Below, one piece after another: positions 1-9,178 of a stretch of DNA of 64,000 nt. The stretch is taken from the NCBI GenBank assembly GCA_963825525.1, contig CAWGTN010000002.1:1728001-1792000 (forward strand), given 5' to 3'. The translations under genes were made by a program, and so were the position numbers. The DNA is from an uncultured Chloroflexia bacterium (GTDB taxonomy: Bacteria; Chloroflexota; Limnocylindria; QHBO01). Numbering within the stretch: position 1 is the stretch's first letter; every line of letters starts with the position of its first letter. Under the pieces are notes generated by a model. The model saw only the letters and a list, made by a program, of their open reading frames with translations, made no database searches and was not told the DNA's origin.

Positions 1-2
1 CT

Positions 3-404
3 CGCTATGTCCTCAACGATGCGGCGGTGAAGCTCCGCAAGCCGATCGTGCATGGCTCGATCTACCGATGGGATGGCCAGGTCACGACCTTCGTCCCGTT
101 CGAGGGGCCGTGCTACCGATGCATGTACCCCGTCCAGCCGCCGGAGGAGCTCGCGCCGGCCTGCAGCGTTGCGGGCGTGCTCGGTGTCCTTCCCGGCGTC
201 ATCGGCATGCTCCAGTCCAACGAGGTGTTCAAGCTGGTCCTGGGAGTGGGCGACACACTGGCCGGGCGCCTGCTGATGTTCGATGCCATGGGCACGACCT
301 TCGACGAGGTCCGACTGTGGCGCGATCCCGCCTGCCCGGCATGCGGCGACGACTCGCCACACGCGCCAGCGCACCGTGAGCCGGCCCAGCCGGTCGCGGT
401 CTGA
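3..404 (+). CDS. moeB: MoeB/MoeZ-like (ThiF family) sulfur-carrier adenylyltransferase, 5' truncated
   Basis: Frame is open from the window edge: RYVLNDAA..KPIVHGSI, PCYRC, C..AGVLGVLPGVIG.LQ.NE, C-terminal CPAC; directly upstream of cysO. Confidence 0.9.
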   Translation, partial: RYVLNDAAVKLRKPIVHGSIYRWDGQVTTFVPFEGPCYRCMYPVQPPEELAPACSVAGVLGVLPGVIGMLQSNEVFKLVLGVGDTLAGRLLMFDAMGTTFDEVRLWRDPACPACGDDSPHAPAHREPAQPVAV

Positions 405-414
405 GGAGAGCCAG

Positions 415-690
415 ATGAGCACGATTCGAATCCCTCCCGTCCTCCGCGAGAACACCGGCGGCAGCCGCAGCATCGAGGTCAGCGGCGGCACGGTGGCCGA
501 GGCCCTGGCCGACCTGTTCGGCAGGCATCCTGCGCTCCGTGACCGCGTCACCGAGGACGGCGAGCTCAGCCGCTTCATCAACGTCTACGTCAACGACCGG
601 GACGTGCGCTACCGCGATGGGCTCGGCACGGCCGTCGAAGCCGATGACACGATCATCCTGCTGCCCGCCATGGCCGGAGGGTCGCACTAG
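415..690 (+). CDS. cysO: MoaD/ThiS-family sulfur carrier (CysO-like)
   Basis: RFINVYVNDRDVR..L and ILLPAMAGG-SH C-terminus; GAGGAG RBS at 404-409. Confidence 0.88.
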   Translation: MSTIRIPPVLRENTGGSRSIEVSGGTVAEALADLFGRHPALRDRVTEDGELSRFINVYVNDRDVRYRDGLGTAVEADDTIILLPAMAGGSH

Positions 691-694
691 GCCG

Positions 695-1645
695 ATGCCG
701 ACCACGGTCGGGGCGGCATCTGATCTCGTCGCCGCCATCGGCAACACGCCGATGGTCGAGTTGCGACGCCTGGCGCCGCACCCCGATGTCCATCTCTTCG
801 CCAAGCTCGAGGGCAACAACCCGACCGGCAGCGTCAAGGATCGCGTCGCGCGGGCCATGATCCGGGCGGCGATCGACGACGGATCGCTGCGCGCGGGCCA
901 GACGATCCTCGAGCCGTCCAGTGGCAACACCGGAATCAGTCTCGCCATGATCGGTGCGCGCCTGGGATACCCGGTCCGCATCGTGATGCCCGACAACACG
1001 ACCCGGGAACGTGAGCAGCTGCTCCGGCTCTACGGCGCCGAGATCGTCTTCTCGCCGGGTGCCGAGGGGTCGAACGGTGCCATCCGCCTGGCGCAGTCGC
1101 TGGCGGAAGCCGATGCCGACCTCTTCATGCCGTACCAGTACGGCAACGCGGCCAATCCCGATACCCACGAGGCGACCACCGGGCCTGAGATCCTCGAGCA
1201 GGTCCCCGACGTCGACGTCTTCGTGGCCGGGCTGGGAACCGGCGGCACGCTGACCGGCGTCGGTCGCTTTCTCAAGCGCGCCCGTCCCCGCGTGCGGATC
1301 GTGGCCGCCGAACCGATCCCCGGTGAGGGCGTCCAGGGCCTGCGCTCACTCGAGGAGGGGTTCGTGCCTCCCGTGCTCGATGCCTCGGTGCTCGACGACA
1401 AGTATCTCGTGAGCAACCGGGACGCGGTGTCGGGCCTCCGCCGCCTCATGGCCGAGGAGGGCATCTTCGCCGGACTGTCCTCGGGCGCGGCCATCGCGGT
1501 CGCGGTGCGCGTGGCCCGCGATCTGGAACGCGGCTCCGTCGTCGTCCTGCTGGCCGACGCTGGCTGGAAGTACCTGTCAACGGACCTGTGGAGCCGGAAC
1601 CTCGACGAGCTCGAGGACCAGCTCGAGACATCGCTGCTGTGGTGA
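695..1645 (+). CDS. cysM: CysO-dependent cysteine synthase (PLP)
   Basis: IGNTP, KLEGNNPTGSVKDR (PLP Lys), EPSSGNTG, GLGTGGT; Trp-ending C-terminal tail as in actinobacterial CysM; lies between cysO and mec. Confidence 0.88.
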   Translation: MPTTVGAASDLVAAIGNTPMVELRRLAPHPDVHLFAKLEGNNPTGSVKDRVARAMIRAAIDDGSLRAGQTILEPSSGNTGISLAMIGARLGYPVRIVMPDNTTREREQLLRLYGAEIVFSPGAEGSNGAIRLAQSLAEADADLFMPYQYGNAANPDTHEATTGPEILEQVPDVDVFVAGLGTGGTLTGVGRFLKRARPRVRIVAAEPIPGEGVQGLRSLEEGFVPPVLDASVLDDKYLVSNRDAVSGLRRLMAEEGIFAGLSSGAAIAVAVRVARDLERGSVVVLLADAGWKYLSTDLWSRNLDELEDQLETSLLW

Positions 1646-2079
1646 CCGAGCGGCTCGGGATCCCGCGGGCGCTCGCCGACCGCATGCTCGCGCATGCCCG
1701 ATCCGAGCTCCCGAACGAGGCGTGCGGACTGCTCGGCGGCTCGACGGAGCACGGGCGCGCCACGTCATATCATCCGGCCCGCAACGCCGAGGCGAGCCCG
1801 CTCAGGTACAACGTCCACCCGGAGGACCTGGTGCGCATCGTGTTCGAGATCGAGGATTCCGGCCAGGATCTGGTTGCGATCTTCCATTCGCACACCGCAT
1901 CACCCGCAGTCCCGTCGGCGACGGACCGCCGCGCGGCCCAGTATCCCGACGCCTTCTACGTGCTGGCCACCCTCGCCGAAGCCGATGCGCCACCGGCTGC
2001 GGCGCTTCGGGCGTGGCGCATTCGCGGCGGCGCCAGCCACGAGGTTGGCCTGGACCTCATCGACGAGGTCAGCAGCTGA
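1642..2079 (+). CDS. mec: JAB/MPN+ (M67) metallopeptidase, Mec-like
   Basis: PNEACGLL and FHSH...P.PS..D JAMM motif; GTGA overlap with the cysM stop. Confidence 0.88.
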   Translation: MTERLGIPRALADRMLAHARSELPNEACGLLGGSTEHGRATSYHPARNAEASPLRYNVHPEDLVRIVFEIEDSGQDLVAIFHSHTASPAVPSATDRRAAQYPDAFYVLATLAEADAPPAAALRAWRIRGGASHEVGLDLIDEVSS

Positions 2080-2776
2080 CCACCGCCCGGTCCACCACGG
2101 AGCCGAGCTGCAGGTCCACGGTGTAGTCGATGCCGCAGTCGCCCTCCTCGTTGCCGCGGCGGTAGCTGAGCACGACCCGGCCTTCGTCCGGCGGTGGAAG
2201 CCAGCGTGCCGACGAGCGGAAGGCGTCGCTCGGCGGCGCGTCGTCAGGGTCCGCACGCAGGATGGCATCGGCGGCGTCGAGCGTTGGCTGGTCGAGGCCG
2301 CGGAGCAGCGAGCTCACGACGGTGACAGCGCCGGAGCCCGGCGTCACCTCGAGGATCCACAGGTCCTCGTCGCTCGCCCCCGCCAGTCTGCCGGACACCT
2401 CGAGCGTGCAGGTCTGCGGCCCACAGGATCCGCCAGCGACGATGGCCGTCCACGGTTCTCCGTCGAACGTCCAGATCAGATCGGCGACGGCGGAGGCGAT
2501 GGCCAGGCTCTCGAGTTGATCCGGGACGCCACCGGGCCGCCGCGACTCGCGCATCGCGTCCAGGATCTCGGTGCCATCAAACGGGCGACCAGGCGCCACG
2601 ACGATACCGGGCGAACCCGGCGTGGACTGGGTCGGCTCGGCGGTCGAGACGGTCGGCGACGGGTCGGAGGCCATCGGGCTCGCGGCACTCTGGGTCGGCG
2701 AGGGGCCGGATGGGGCGGCGGAACACGCGGCCAGCATGAGCCCCACCGTCAGGATGACGGGGACCCGTCGCGTCAT
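2069..2776 (-). CDS. Hypothetical lipoprotein
   Basis: Lipobox LAAC then a Ser/Pro/Thr-rich linker; ATGA overlap with the upstream protease gene. Confidence 0.7.
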   Translation of the reverse strand: MTRRVPVILTVGLMLAACSAAPSGPSPTQSAASPMASDPSPTVSTAEPTQSTPGSPGIVVAPGRPFDGTEILDAMRESRRPGGVPDQLESLAIASAVADLIWTFDGEPWTAIVAGGSCGPQTCTLEVSGRLAGASDEDLWILEVTPGSGAVTVVSSLLRGLDQPTLDAADAILRADPDDAPPSDAFRSSARWLPPPDEGRVVLSYRRGNEEGDCGIDYTVDLQLGSVVDRAVVSC

Positions 2777-5736
2777 GGCTTCCCGAGCAGGGCGTTCAGG
2801 TCCGACACGACGCCGTTGCCGATGACCGATGTGCCGCCGATCAGCCAGGTTCGCGGCGGGAACAGTCGCTGCAGCTCCGGGCGTGCCACCGATGGCACGG
2901 TCGTCGGACCGACGAGGAGCAACGGAGATCCCGCACCGCCCGCGGCAGGCACCGCGGCCAGCGCATCGGGGAAGTTCATCCCGGTCGCGAGATAGGCGGC
3001 CGGCGGTCGGTTGAAGAACGCCTTCGAGACGGCGACCGCGGTCGCGAATCGGTCGGCTCCGGCGAGCCTGGTGACCGGTCCGGTCGTGTAGGACTGCAGG
3101 ATCTGCTTCACACCATCGGTGACGGCGCTCGTGCCACCCAGCAGGTAGATGGCCTGCGGCCTGAGCCGCAGGAGCTCGTCGCGAACCGCCTGTGGGACTG
3201 CTCCTCGCTCCGTGAGCAGCACCGGACCGCCAAGCTTCGCCGCCGCCGGTCCGGCGGTGAGTGCGTCGGGGAAGCTCGCTCCGGTCGCGACGAAGACGGC
3301 CGGAACACCCGGCCCGAAGGCGGATCGGCTCACGGCGGCCGCGGTGGAGTAGCGGTCGGATCCCGCCAACCGAGCGACGGTCCCGGTCGTGTAGGCATCG
3401 AGGGCGGCGGCCACGGACTGGCTGACCACCGAGGTGCCGCCCAGGACGACGATGCTCTGCGGCTTCAGTCGGGCCAGCTCGTCTCGCGTTGCCTGCGGAA
3501 GCGACCCGGGCTCGGTCAGAAGGATCGGTCCCTTCCGGATGGCAGCCACCGCGCCCGCGGCGAGAGCGTCAGGGAAGTTTCTGCCGGTGGCGACATAGGC
3601 GACCGCCGTTCCCGGTCCGAAGTGGTTGCGGCTCACCGCGGCCGCGGTCCCGTATCGGTCGGAGCCCGCAACCCGGATCGGCGTGCCGACGCTCCACTTG
3701 GACCACGCCAGCCCATAGCGCTCCGATGTGCCTTCGAATCGCGTCTGGCGCACCTCGATCCGTGCCGTCCCGCTGCGCGTCGCGGTGAACTCGACCCATT
3801 CGTAGTTGTTGTCGAACGTGTATGAGCCCTGCAGCGACCCGTCCGGCATGACGATGCGCAGGTCGAGGTCGGCGGCCAGCCGGTCGGTGCGGTTCGAGAT
3901 CGTCGTCCCCGTTGTCCGGCTGTTCCAGGTGAGGACGACCTTCACCTTCTGTCCGGCGATCACCGAGATGTCCTGGTTCAGCGCCTGGCCGCTGGTCAGG
4001 CTGCCCATGCGGTAGCCGCCGTACCCAGCGTCACCGTTGGTGAGGAGTCGATTCGCCCACAGCGCCGATGCCGTTCCGGTGCCCTCGTGATCGCTGTTGC
4101 GAGACCCGTCGGGCATCGGGGTCCGGTTGATCGCCGCGGCCATGATGATCGCGCGGGTCGCCTCGGGGCGAAGGGAGAGGCTGGGCAGGCGAGCGATGAT
4201 CTGCGCCGCGATGCCGGCAACGATCGGGCTCGCGATGCTGGTGCCGCTGGCTCCGAGGCCGTTGGCCGTTCGCACCGATGGTGCGGGCGCGGAGACATTC
4301 GGCTTGTTGAAGTCACCGTGCGAGTTCCATGCGGCCCCGGACGGATCGCGGTAGCTGGCGCCGTTCGATCCGGGGTAGTACCAGAGCCGATCATCGTTGC
4401 GGCCCGCCGTCCCCCGATCGTCGATCCCGCCCACCGTGAGCACGTTGTACGCGGTGCCCGGCGACAGGACGTCCCAGTGCCCGAAGGTCACCAGGTTGCC
4501 CGACGCGGCCACTGCCAGCCGCCCGTCATCCTGAACCATCGAGTCGAAGTAGCGGCGGGCCTCCTCGGAGCCGCTGGCGGTGTCCTGGCCGATGCTGGCA
4601 TTCACGATATCGGCGTCGCCGCCACCCGCGCTGGCTGCCCAGTCCGCCGCTTCAATGATCTGCCGATCCCGTGTCAGCGATGCCCCGCCGCCGCCGGTCG
4701 ACGCGCTCACGATGACTGCGCCCGGAGCGACGCCCGGATAGGTCGAGCTCCGGCCGGCGATGGCCCCGGCGACCCACGTGGGATGGTCGAACGTCCCGCT
4801 GCCGGTGTAGGCGAGCGACCCGCTGGCGCTGTGCGAGGCCACCACCCGACCGGCAAGGTCACCACTGTTGCGGACGTTGTGGTATTCGACCACGGCGACC
4901 CGGACACCCGTCCCCTGGTCCTCGCCGCCACCGGTCCAGTTGGCCTGGACCGCCGGCCCGGCGCTCGACATGGTGGTCGCCCAGCTGCGCTCGAGCCCGA
5001 TGGTGGCGACCCCGGAGGCTGCTGCGAGCTCGTCGACCCGGTCAGCCGCAATGTCGATGTAGGCGAGCGGTGCGGTGGTCGACACGTAGCCAACCGTCCC
5101 ACCGAGCTCACGCACGGTCGCGGTGAGCTGGTCAAGCGCGGCAGCGCGGGCATCCGCCCGCGCTGCCTCCAGCTCGGCCCGGATCCTGCGTGCCGTCTCG
5201 AGGTCGGGCGCCATCGGCATGTCGCCCTCCCAGACCAGCTCCGGATGGCGGTCGATGACAGACTGTGCGGCGGCGTCCGTATCAACGTCGAGCCACACCC
5301 CGACCGGGACCGGGGCGTCACTCGCGGCTGTCGAGAGCCTGCGATCAATCGCGGCCACCAGCTCATCGTCGGCCTTCAGCGTCATGGGGCTGAGCGATCC
5401 GCGAGCAGCCTTCAACTGCCGCGCGGGCAAGTCGTCGCCGGCCAGGGTCCCGGTCTGGCCATCTCGATACACGATGTGAAGCTCGCCCGTTCGCAGGTCC
5501 ACGTACTTCGCCGCCCACAGGCTGGATCCCTCCGGGCCGACAGCCGACGCTCGCTCGTACACCAGCTCGTAGTCGGTGGGGTTGCCCCCGAGCGAGTCAC
5601 TGAGATGCCGCTGGCCCTGGACCTCGAGGGGCTCCGCCGCGGCGGTGTGTCGGGGAACCGCGAATGACGTCACGAGCAGCACGCCAGCGATGATCAGCTG
5701 TCGCGCGCGCTGCTCATGGTGCTCGGTCTGACGCAT
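2773..5736 (-). CDS. Secreted S8 subtilase with three C-terminal cell-wall-binding repeat 2 (CWB2) domains
   Basis: GGAGG RBS before ATG 5736; signal peptide; VAVVE / HPTWVAG / GTSIASP; three R(V/L)AG.DR(Y/F).TA ... (N/S)FPDAL repeats. Confidence 0.88.
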   Translation of the reverse strand: MRQTEHHEQRARQLIIAGVLLVTSFAVPRHTAAAEPLEVQGQRHLSDSLGGNPTDYELVYERASAVGPEGSSLWAAKYVDLRTGELHIVYRDGQTGTLAGDDLPARQLKAARGSLSPMTLKADDELVAAIDRRLSTAASDAPVPVGVWLDVDTDAAAQSVIDRHPELVWEGDMPMAPDLETARRIRAELEAARADARAAALDQLTATVRELGGTVGYVSTTAPLAYIDIAADRVDELAAASGVATIGLERSWATTMSSAGPAVQANWTGGGEDQGTGVRVAVVEYHNVRNSGDLAGRVVASHSASGSLAYTGSGTFDHPTWVAGAIAGRSSTYPGVAPGAVIVSASTGGGGASLTRDRQIIEAADWAASAGGGDADIVNASIGQDTASGSEEARRYFDSMVQDDGRLAVAASGNLVTFGHWDVLSPGTAYNVLTVGGIDDRGTAGRNDDRLWYYPGSNGASYRDPSGAAWNSHGDFNKPNVSAPAPSVRTANGLGASGTSIASPIVAGIAAQIIARLPSLSLRPEATRAIIMAAAINRTPMPDGSRNSDHEGTGTASALWANRLLTNGDAGYGGYRMGSLTSGQALNQDISVIAGQKVKVVLTWNSRTTGTTISNRTDRLAADLDLRIVMPDGSLQGSYTFDNNYEWVEFTATRSGTARIEVRQTRFEGTSERYGLAWSKWSVGTPIRVAGSDRYGTAAAVSRNHFGPGTAVAYVATGRNFPDALAAGAVAAIRKGPILLTEPGSLPQATRDELARLKPQSIVVLGGTSVVSQSVAAALDAYTTGTVARLAGSDRYSTAAAVSRSAFGPGVPAVFVATGASFPDALTAGPAAAKLGGPVLLTERGAVPQAVRDELLRLRPQAIYLLGGTSAVTDGVKQILQSYTTGPVTRLAGADRFATAVAVSKAFFNRPPAAYLATGMNFPDALAAVPAAGGAGSPLLLVGPTTVPSVARPELQRLFPPRTWLIGGTSVIGNGVVSDLNALLGKP

Positions 5737-5747
5737 CGGCCTCCTGC

Positions 5748-5767
5748 CGTATGACAGCGTATGACAG
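5748..5767. promoter_or_regulatory. Perfect 10-bp tandem repeat CGTATGACAG x2 (reverse CTGTCATACG x2), putative transcription-factor site
   Basis: Seen directly, immediately upstream of the RBS of the S8 gene in the divergent intergenic region. Confidence 0.5.
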
Positions 5768-5838
5768 TGTGCCATGCCCGGATCAATCGTGAGGTGCGGC
5801 GGGACACCCGGCAATGGGCATTCGGTTAGGCTTCGACC

Positions 5839-6963
5839 ATGACCACTGAAGCAGGATTCGGACCTCGAACGCACCGGGCGCGGCTTTCTGCCGCCGCTGC
5901 CGCCGCGGCGGAGCGCGGTATCGACGCGTTGCTCGTCACACCCTCCCCCGACTACGCGTATCTGCTGGGCTATCGCGCTCCGGCCATGGAGCGCCTGACC
6001 TGTCTCGTCGTGCCCGCCGATGGCGACGTGTCGCTGGTGCTCCCGCGTCTCGAGGAGCCCCTGGCGCGACACGAGCTCGGCGAGCTTGCGGATGAGATTG
6101 CGCTGGTGCCGTGGGACGAGGTCGATGATCCGATTCAGCTGGTGAGGGCGCTGGTGGCCGGCGCACGACGCGTCGGGCTGCAGGACCAGATGTGGGCTCG
6201 CTTTGCGCTCCGGCTGCGCGCGGCCCTCGATCCCGTCGAGCTGGTCGAGGCCGGACCAGCGATGAGCGCCCTCCGCCGTGTGAAGACCAGCGAGGAGATC
6301 GACCGACTGCGGGCGGCGGCGGGTGCGGCAGATGCGGCGATGGCGGCCATCTCGACGGAGCCGCTCGCCGGACGCACCGAGATGGAGGTGAGCCGCCGCA
6401 TCGGTGAGCTGCTGGTCCAGGCCGGCCACGACACCGCCGACTTCGCGATCGTTGCCTCCGGCCCGAATTCGGCGAGCCCGCACCATGTTCCGGGGGCGCG
6501 GGTGATCCAGGCTGGAGACGCGCTGGTGCTCGACATCGGGGGTTTCCGCGACGGGTACGGCAGCGACACCACCCGGACCGCCTTCGTCGGCGAGCCCGAC
6601 GCCGACTTCGCCGCGCTGTTCGAGGTGCTCCGTGCCGCCCAGGCCGCCGCGTGCGATGCCGTGGCGCCAGGTGTGTCGTGCGCGGAGATCGACGCAACCG
6701 CTCGCCGCATCATCGACGACGCCGGCTACGGGGAATCGTTCATCCACCGCACCGGCCACGGCATCGGAGTGGAGACCCACGAGGAGCCCTACCTCGTGTC
6801 ATCGAACCCGGAGCCGCTGGTGGAGGGCCACGCCTTCAGCATCGAGCCCGGAATCTACCTCCGCGACCGATACGGCGCGCGCATCGAGGACATCGTGGTC
6901 TGTACGGCGACCGGTGGCGAGCGCCTCAACACCGCCTCGACGGAGCTCATCCGGGTCGACTGA
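5839..6963 (+). CDS. Xaa-Pro peptidase (M24 family)
   Basis: PHH, DIGG..GY.SDTTRT, HRTGHGIG...HEEP, SIEPGIY, RIED; TAGGCT -10 6 nt before ATG. Confidence 0.92.
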   Translation: MTTEAGFGPRTHRARLSAAAAAAAERGIDALLVTPSPDYAYLLGYRAPAMERLTCLVVPADGDVSLVLPRLEEPLARHELGELADEIALVPWDEVDDPIQLVRALVAGARRVGLQDQMWARFALRLRAALDPVELVEAGPAMSALRRVKTSEEIDRLRAAAGAADAAMAAISTEPLAGRTEMEVSRRIGELLVQAGHDTADFAIVASGPNSASPHHVPGARVIQAGDALVLDIGGFRDGYGSDTTRTAFVGEPDADFAALFEVLRAAQAAACDAVAPGVSCAEIDATARRIIDDAGYGESFIHRTGHGIGVETHEEPYLVSSNPEPLVEGHAFSIEPGIYLRDRYGARIEDIVVCTATGGERLNTASTELIRVD

Positions 6964-6967
6964 GCGC

Positions 6968-7621
6968 CTAGCGCTCCTCGCGATGCGAGCTCACCAGCGC
7001 AACCAGCACCTGGTCGATGGCCGCATTGGCCTCGTGGAAGGCGGACGTCACGTCGGCCACCTCGGCGGACCTGCGGCGAAGATGACCGGTGATCGCATCG
7101 AGGACCGGTGATCGGAAGAAGAGGAAGGCCTCGACCGTCTCCGCCAGCGAGAGGCCGGCGCGCGATGCCTCGCCGCCGTACAGGCCGCCCATCTTCTCCG
7201 CCTCATCCAGCAGGATCTGCCGCTCAGCCTTCTTGGCCGCGGCCACGTACTCGATGACGAGCTGGAAGGTGCGCTGGCCCCAGCGCCGAAACTCGTCCCG
7301 CTGCTCGACGGAGAGCCGGGCCTGCCACGGCTGCCCGGCGTAGCCCGTGCGCTGCATGCGCCGATGGAGCTCGCCCGCCATCGTCCGGGTGGAGTCCGGG
7401 AGCCGTTCCATGCCGTAGCGCGTCCGCCGCGGGGCGTTGATCATCGCCTCGAGGCTCGAACGCAGGAATCGGCGGTGGCCGCCCGGGGTCTGGTAGCTCT
7501 GGACCTTGCCCGTGTCCGCCCAGCGTCTCAGCGTGTCCGGCCCGACACCAACCAGTCGGGAGGCGGCGCCGAGCGGCAGCCACGGATCGTCCGGGTCGTT
7601 GGCCGGTGAGGGAACGGGCAC
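6968..7621 (-). CDS. MerR/excisionase (BldC-like) HTH regulator with helical C-terminal domain
   Basis: LGAASRLVGVGPDTLRRWAD.GK....TPGGHRRF. Confidence 0.8.
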   Translation of the reverse strand: MPVPSPANDPDDPWLPLGAASRLVGVGPDTLRRWADTGKVQSYQTPGGHRRFLRSSLEAMINAPRRTRYGMERLPDSTRTMAGELHRRMQRTGYAGQPWQARLSVEQRDEFRRWGQRTFQLVIEYVAAAKKAERQILLDEAEKMGGLYGGEASRAGLSLAETVEAFLFFRSPVLDAITGHLRRRSAEVADVTSAFHEANAAIDQVLVALVSSHREER

Positions 7622-7674
7622 GAAAACCTCTGAAATCTATGTCTCAGGTACGGTACGGTCCGTCATCCGGCGCG

Positions 7675-9114
7675 TCAATCGGGCGGATCGGACCTCAGGT
7701 CATCGGCGACCATTCCGCCGAGCTCGCCCCACAGGTGGACGAGCGAGACCATGCCATCGCGAACGTTGCGAAGGCTGATCCACTCGTTGGGCGCATGGAA
7801 GTTGCCGGTCGGATTTGCGAACCCGAGCATCAGCGTCTTGAGCCCGAGCTTGGCGTCCAGTGCGGCGACCACCGGGACCGAGCCGCCCGACCGCTGGAAC
7901 AGCGGTGCCTTGCCGAACCCGGCCTCGAGCGCGCGAACCGCGGGCGCGATGCCCGGGTGGTCGAGCGGCGTGATCGCCGGCGCGCCTCCGTGCACGACCG
8001 TCACCTCGACCGTCACGGTCGGCGGCGCCAGTGCCTCGAGGTGCGCCTTCACCATGCGTTCGATCTCTCGATAGTCCTGGTCCGGAACGAGTCGCGTCGA
8101 GATCTTGGCGGCAGCCCAGGCCGGGATGATCGTCTTGGCGCCGCTCCCCATGTAGCCGCCCCAGATGCCGTTGATATCGAAGGTGGGTCGAGCGGACAGG
8201 CGCTCGAGCAGGGAATGCCCCCGCTCACCGTCCATCGGCGCCGGGACGCCGGTCTCGTCGGCCCAGGCCCGCTCGTCGAACGGGAGCGCCGCGTAGGCCG
8301 CGTGTTCCTCGTCGGTGAGGTCACGGACCTTGTCGTAGAAGCCGGGGACGGTCATCCGGCCGTTGGCGTCGGTCAGCTCCGCCAGCATCCGGACCAGGAC
8401 GTTGGCCGGATTTTCGACGCCACCGCCGTACTGCCCGGAGTGCACGTCGTGCCTCGGGCCGTGCACCCGCACCTCCCAGTAGGCAATGCCCCGCAGGCCA
8501 TAGCCGATGGCAGGCGTCCCATGATCGTCGAACGTGTCGCCGTCACTCACCACGCACACGTCGGCCCGCAGAAGGTCGGGGTGATCGTCGATGAACTTCT
8601 CGATCGGCTCGGAGCCGACCTCCTCGTCTCCCTCGAAGAAGAAGCGAAGGTTGACCGGGACGCGACCGGCTGTTCGCATCCACGCCTCGAAGGCCTTGAG
8701 ATGCATGAAGAGCTGCCCCTTGTCGTCTCCGGCGCCCCGCGCGTACACGCGGTCGTCTTCGTGTCGCGGCTCGAACGGCGGTCGAATCCATTCGTCGAGG
8801 GGGTCGACCGGCTGGACGTCGTAGTGGCAGTAGATGAGCACGGTCGGCGCGTCGTCGCCGGCATGCATCCACTCGGCAGTCACGATCGGGTGATGGGTCG
8901 TCTCATGCAGCTCAGCACGTTCGGCGCCGATGCGGGTGAGCTCGTTCACGATCCACTCTGCCGTGCGCCTGACCTCGTCCGCGCATGCCGCATCGGCCGA
9001 GATGCTCTGGATGCTGAGGAACTCGTCCAGCACGCGCAGGTGATCGGCGTCGTGCTCGCGAAGGAAGGCGACCGCGGCACTGGTCGCTGAGGGAATGTCG
9101 GTCTGGCTCGTCAT
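7675..9114 (-). CDS. M20 family dipeptidase
   Basis: HYDVQP, ARGAGDDKGQ, EGDEE, HSG.YGG, HAPNE; TATCAT -10 6 nt before ATG 9114. Confidence 0.92.
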   Translation of the reverse strand: MTSQTDIPSATSAAVAFLREHDADHLRVLDEFLSIQSISADAACADEVRRTAEWIVNELTRIGAERAELHETTHHPIVTAEWMHAGDDAPTVLIYCHYDVQPVDPLDEWIRPPFEPRHEDDRVYARGAGDDKGQLFMHLKAFEAWMRTAGRVPVNLRFFFEGDEEVGSEPIEKFIDDHPDLLRADVCVVSDGDTFDDHGTPAIGYGLRGIAYWEVRVHGPRHDVHSGQYGGGVENPANVLVRMLAELTDANGRMTVPGFYDKVRDLTDEEHAAYAALPFDERAWADETGVPAPMDGERGHSLLERLSARPTFDINGIWGGYMGSGAKTIIPAWAAAKISTRLVPDQDYREIERMVKAHLEALAPPTVTVEVTVVHGGAPAITPLDHPGIAPAVRALEAGFGKAPLFQRSGGSVPVVAALDAKLGLKTLMLGFANPTGNFHAPNEWISLRNVRDGMVSLVHLWGELGGMVADDLRSDPPD

Positions 9115-9178
9115 GCGCCGATGATAAGCGGATGCGGGGTCTGCAACCGATGCCGGTCCCGCAACGTCCTTGGTCCTC

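Noticed and set aside
5737-6780. 348-aa N-terminal extension of the S8 protease in the ORF track
   Set aside because: It is the antisense shadow of the M24 peptidase; the RBS and signal peptide place the start at 5736.
6968-7621. Excisionase marking a prophage or integrative element
   Set aside because: No integrase, att-like repeats or phage genes nearby; the HTH is fused to a large C-terminal domain typical of regulators.
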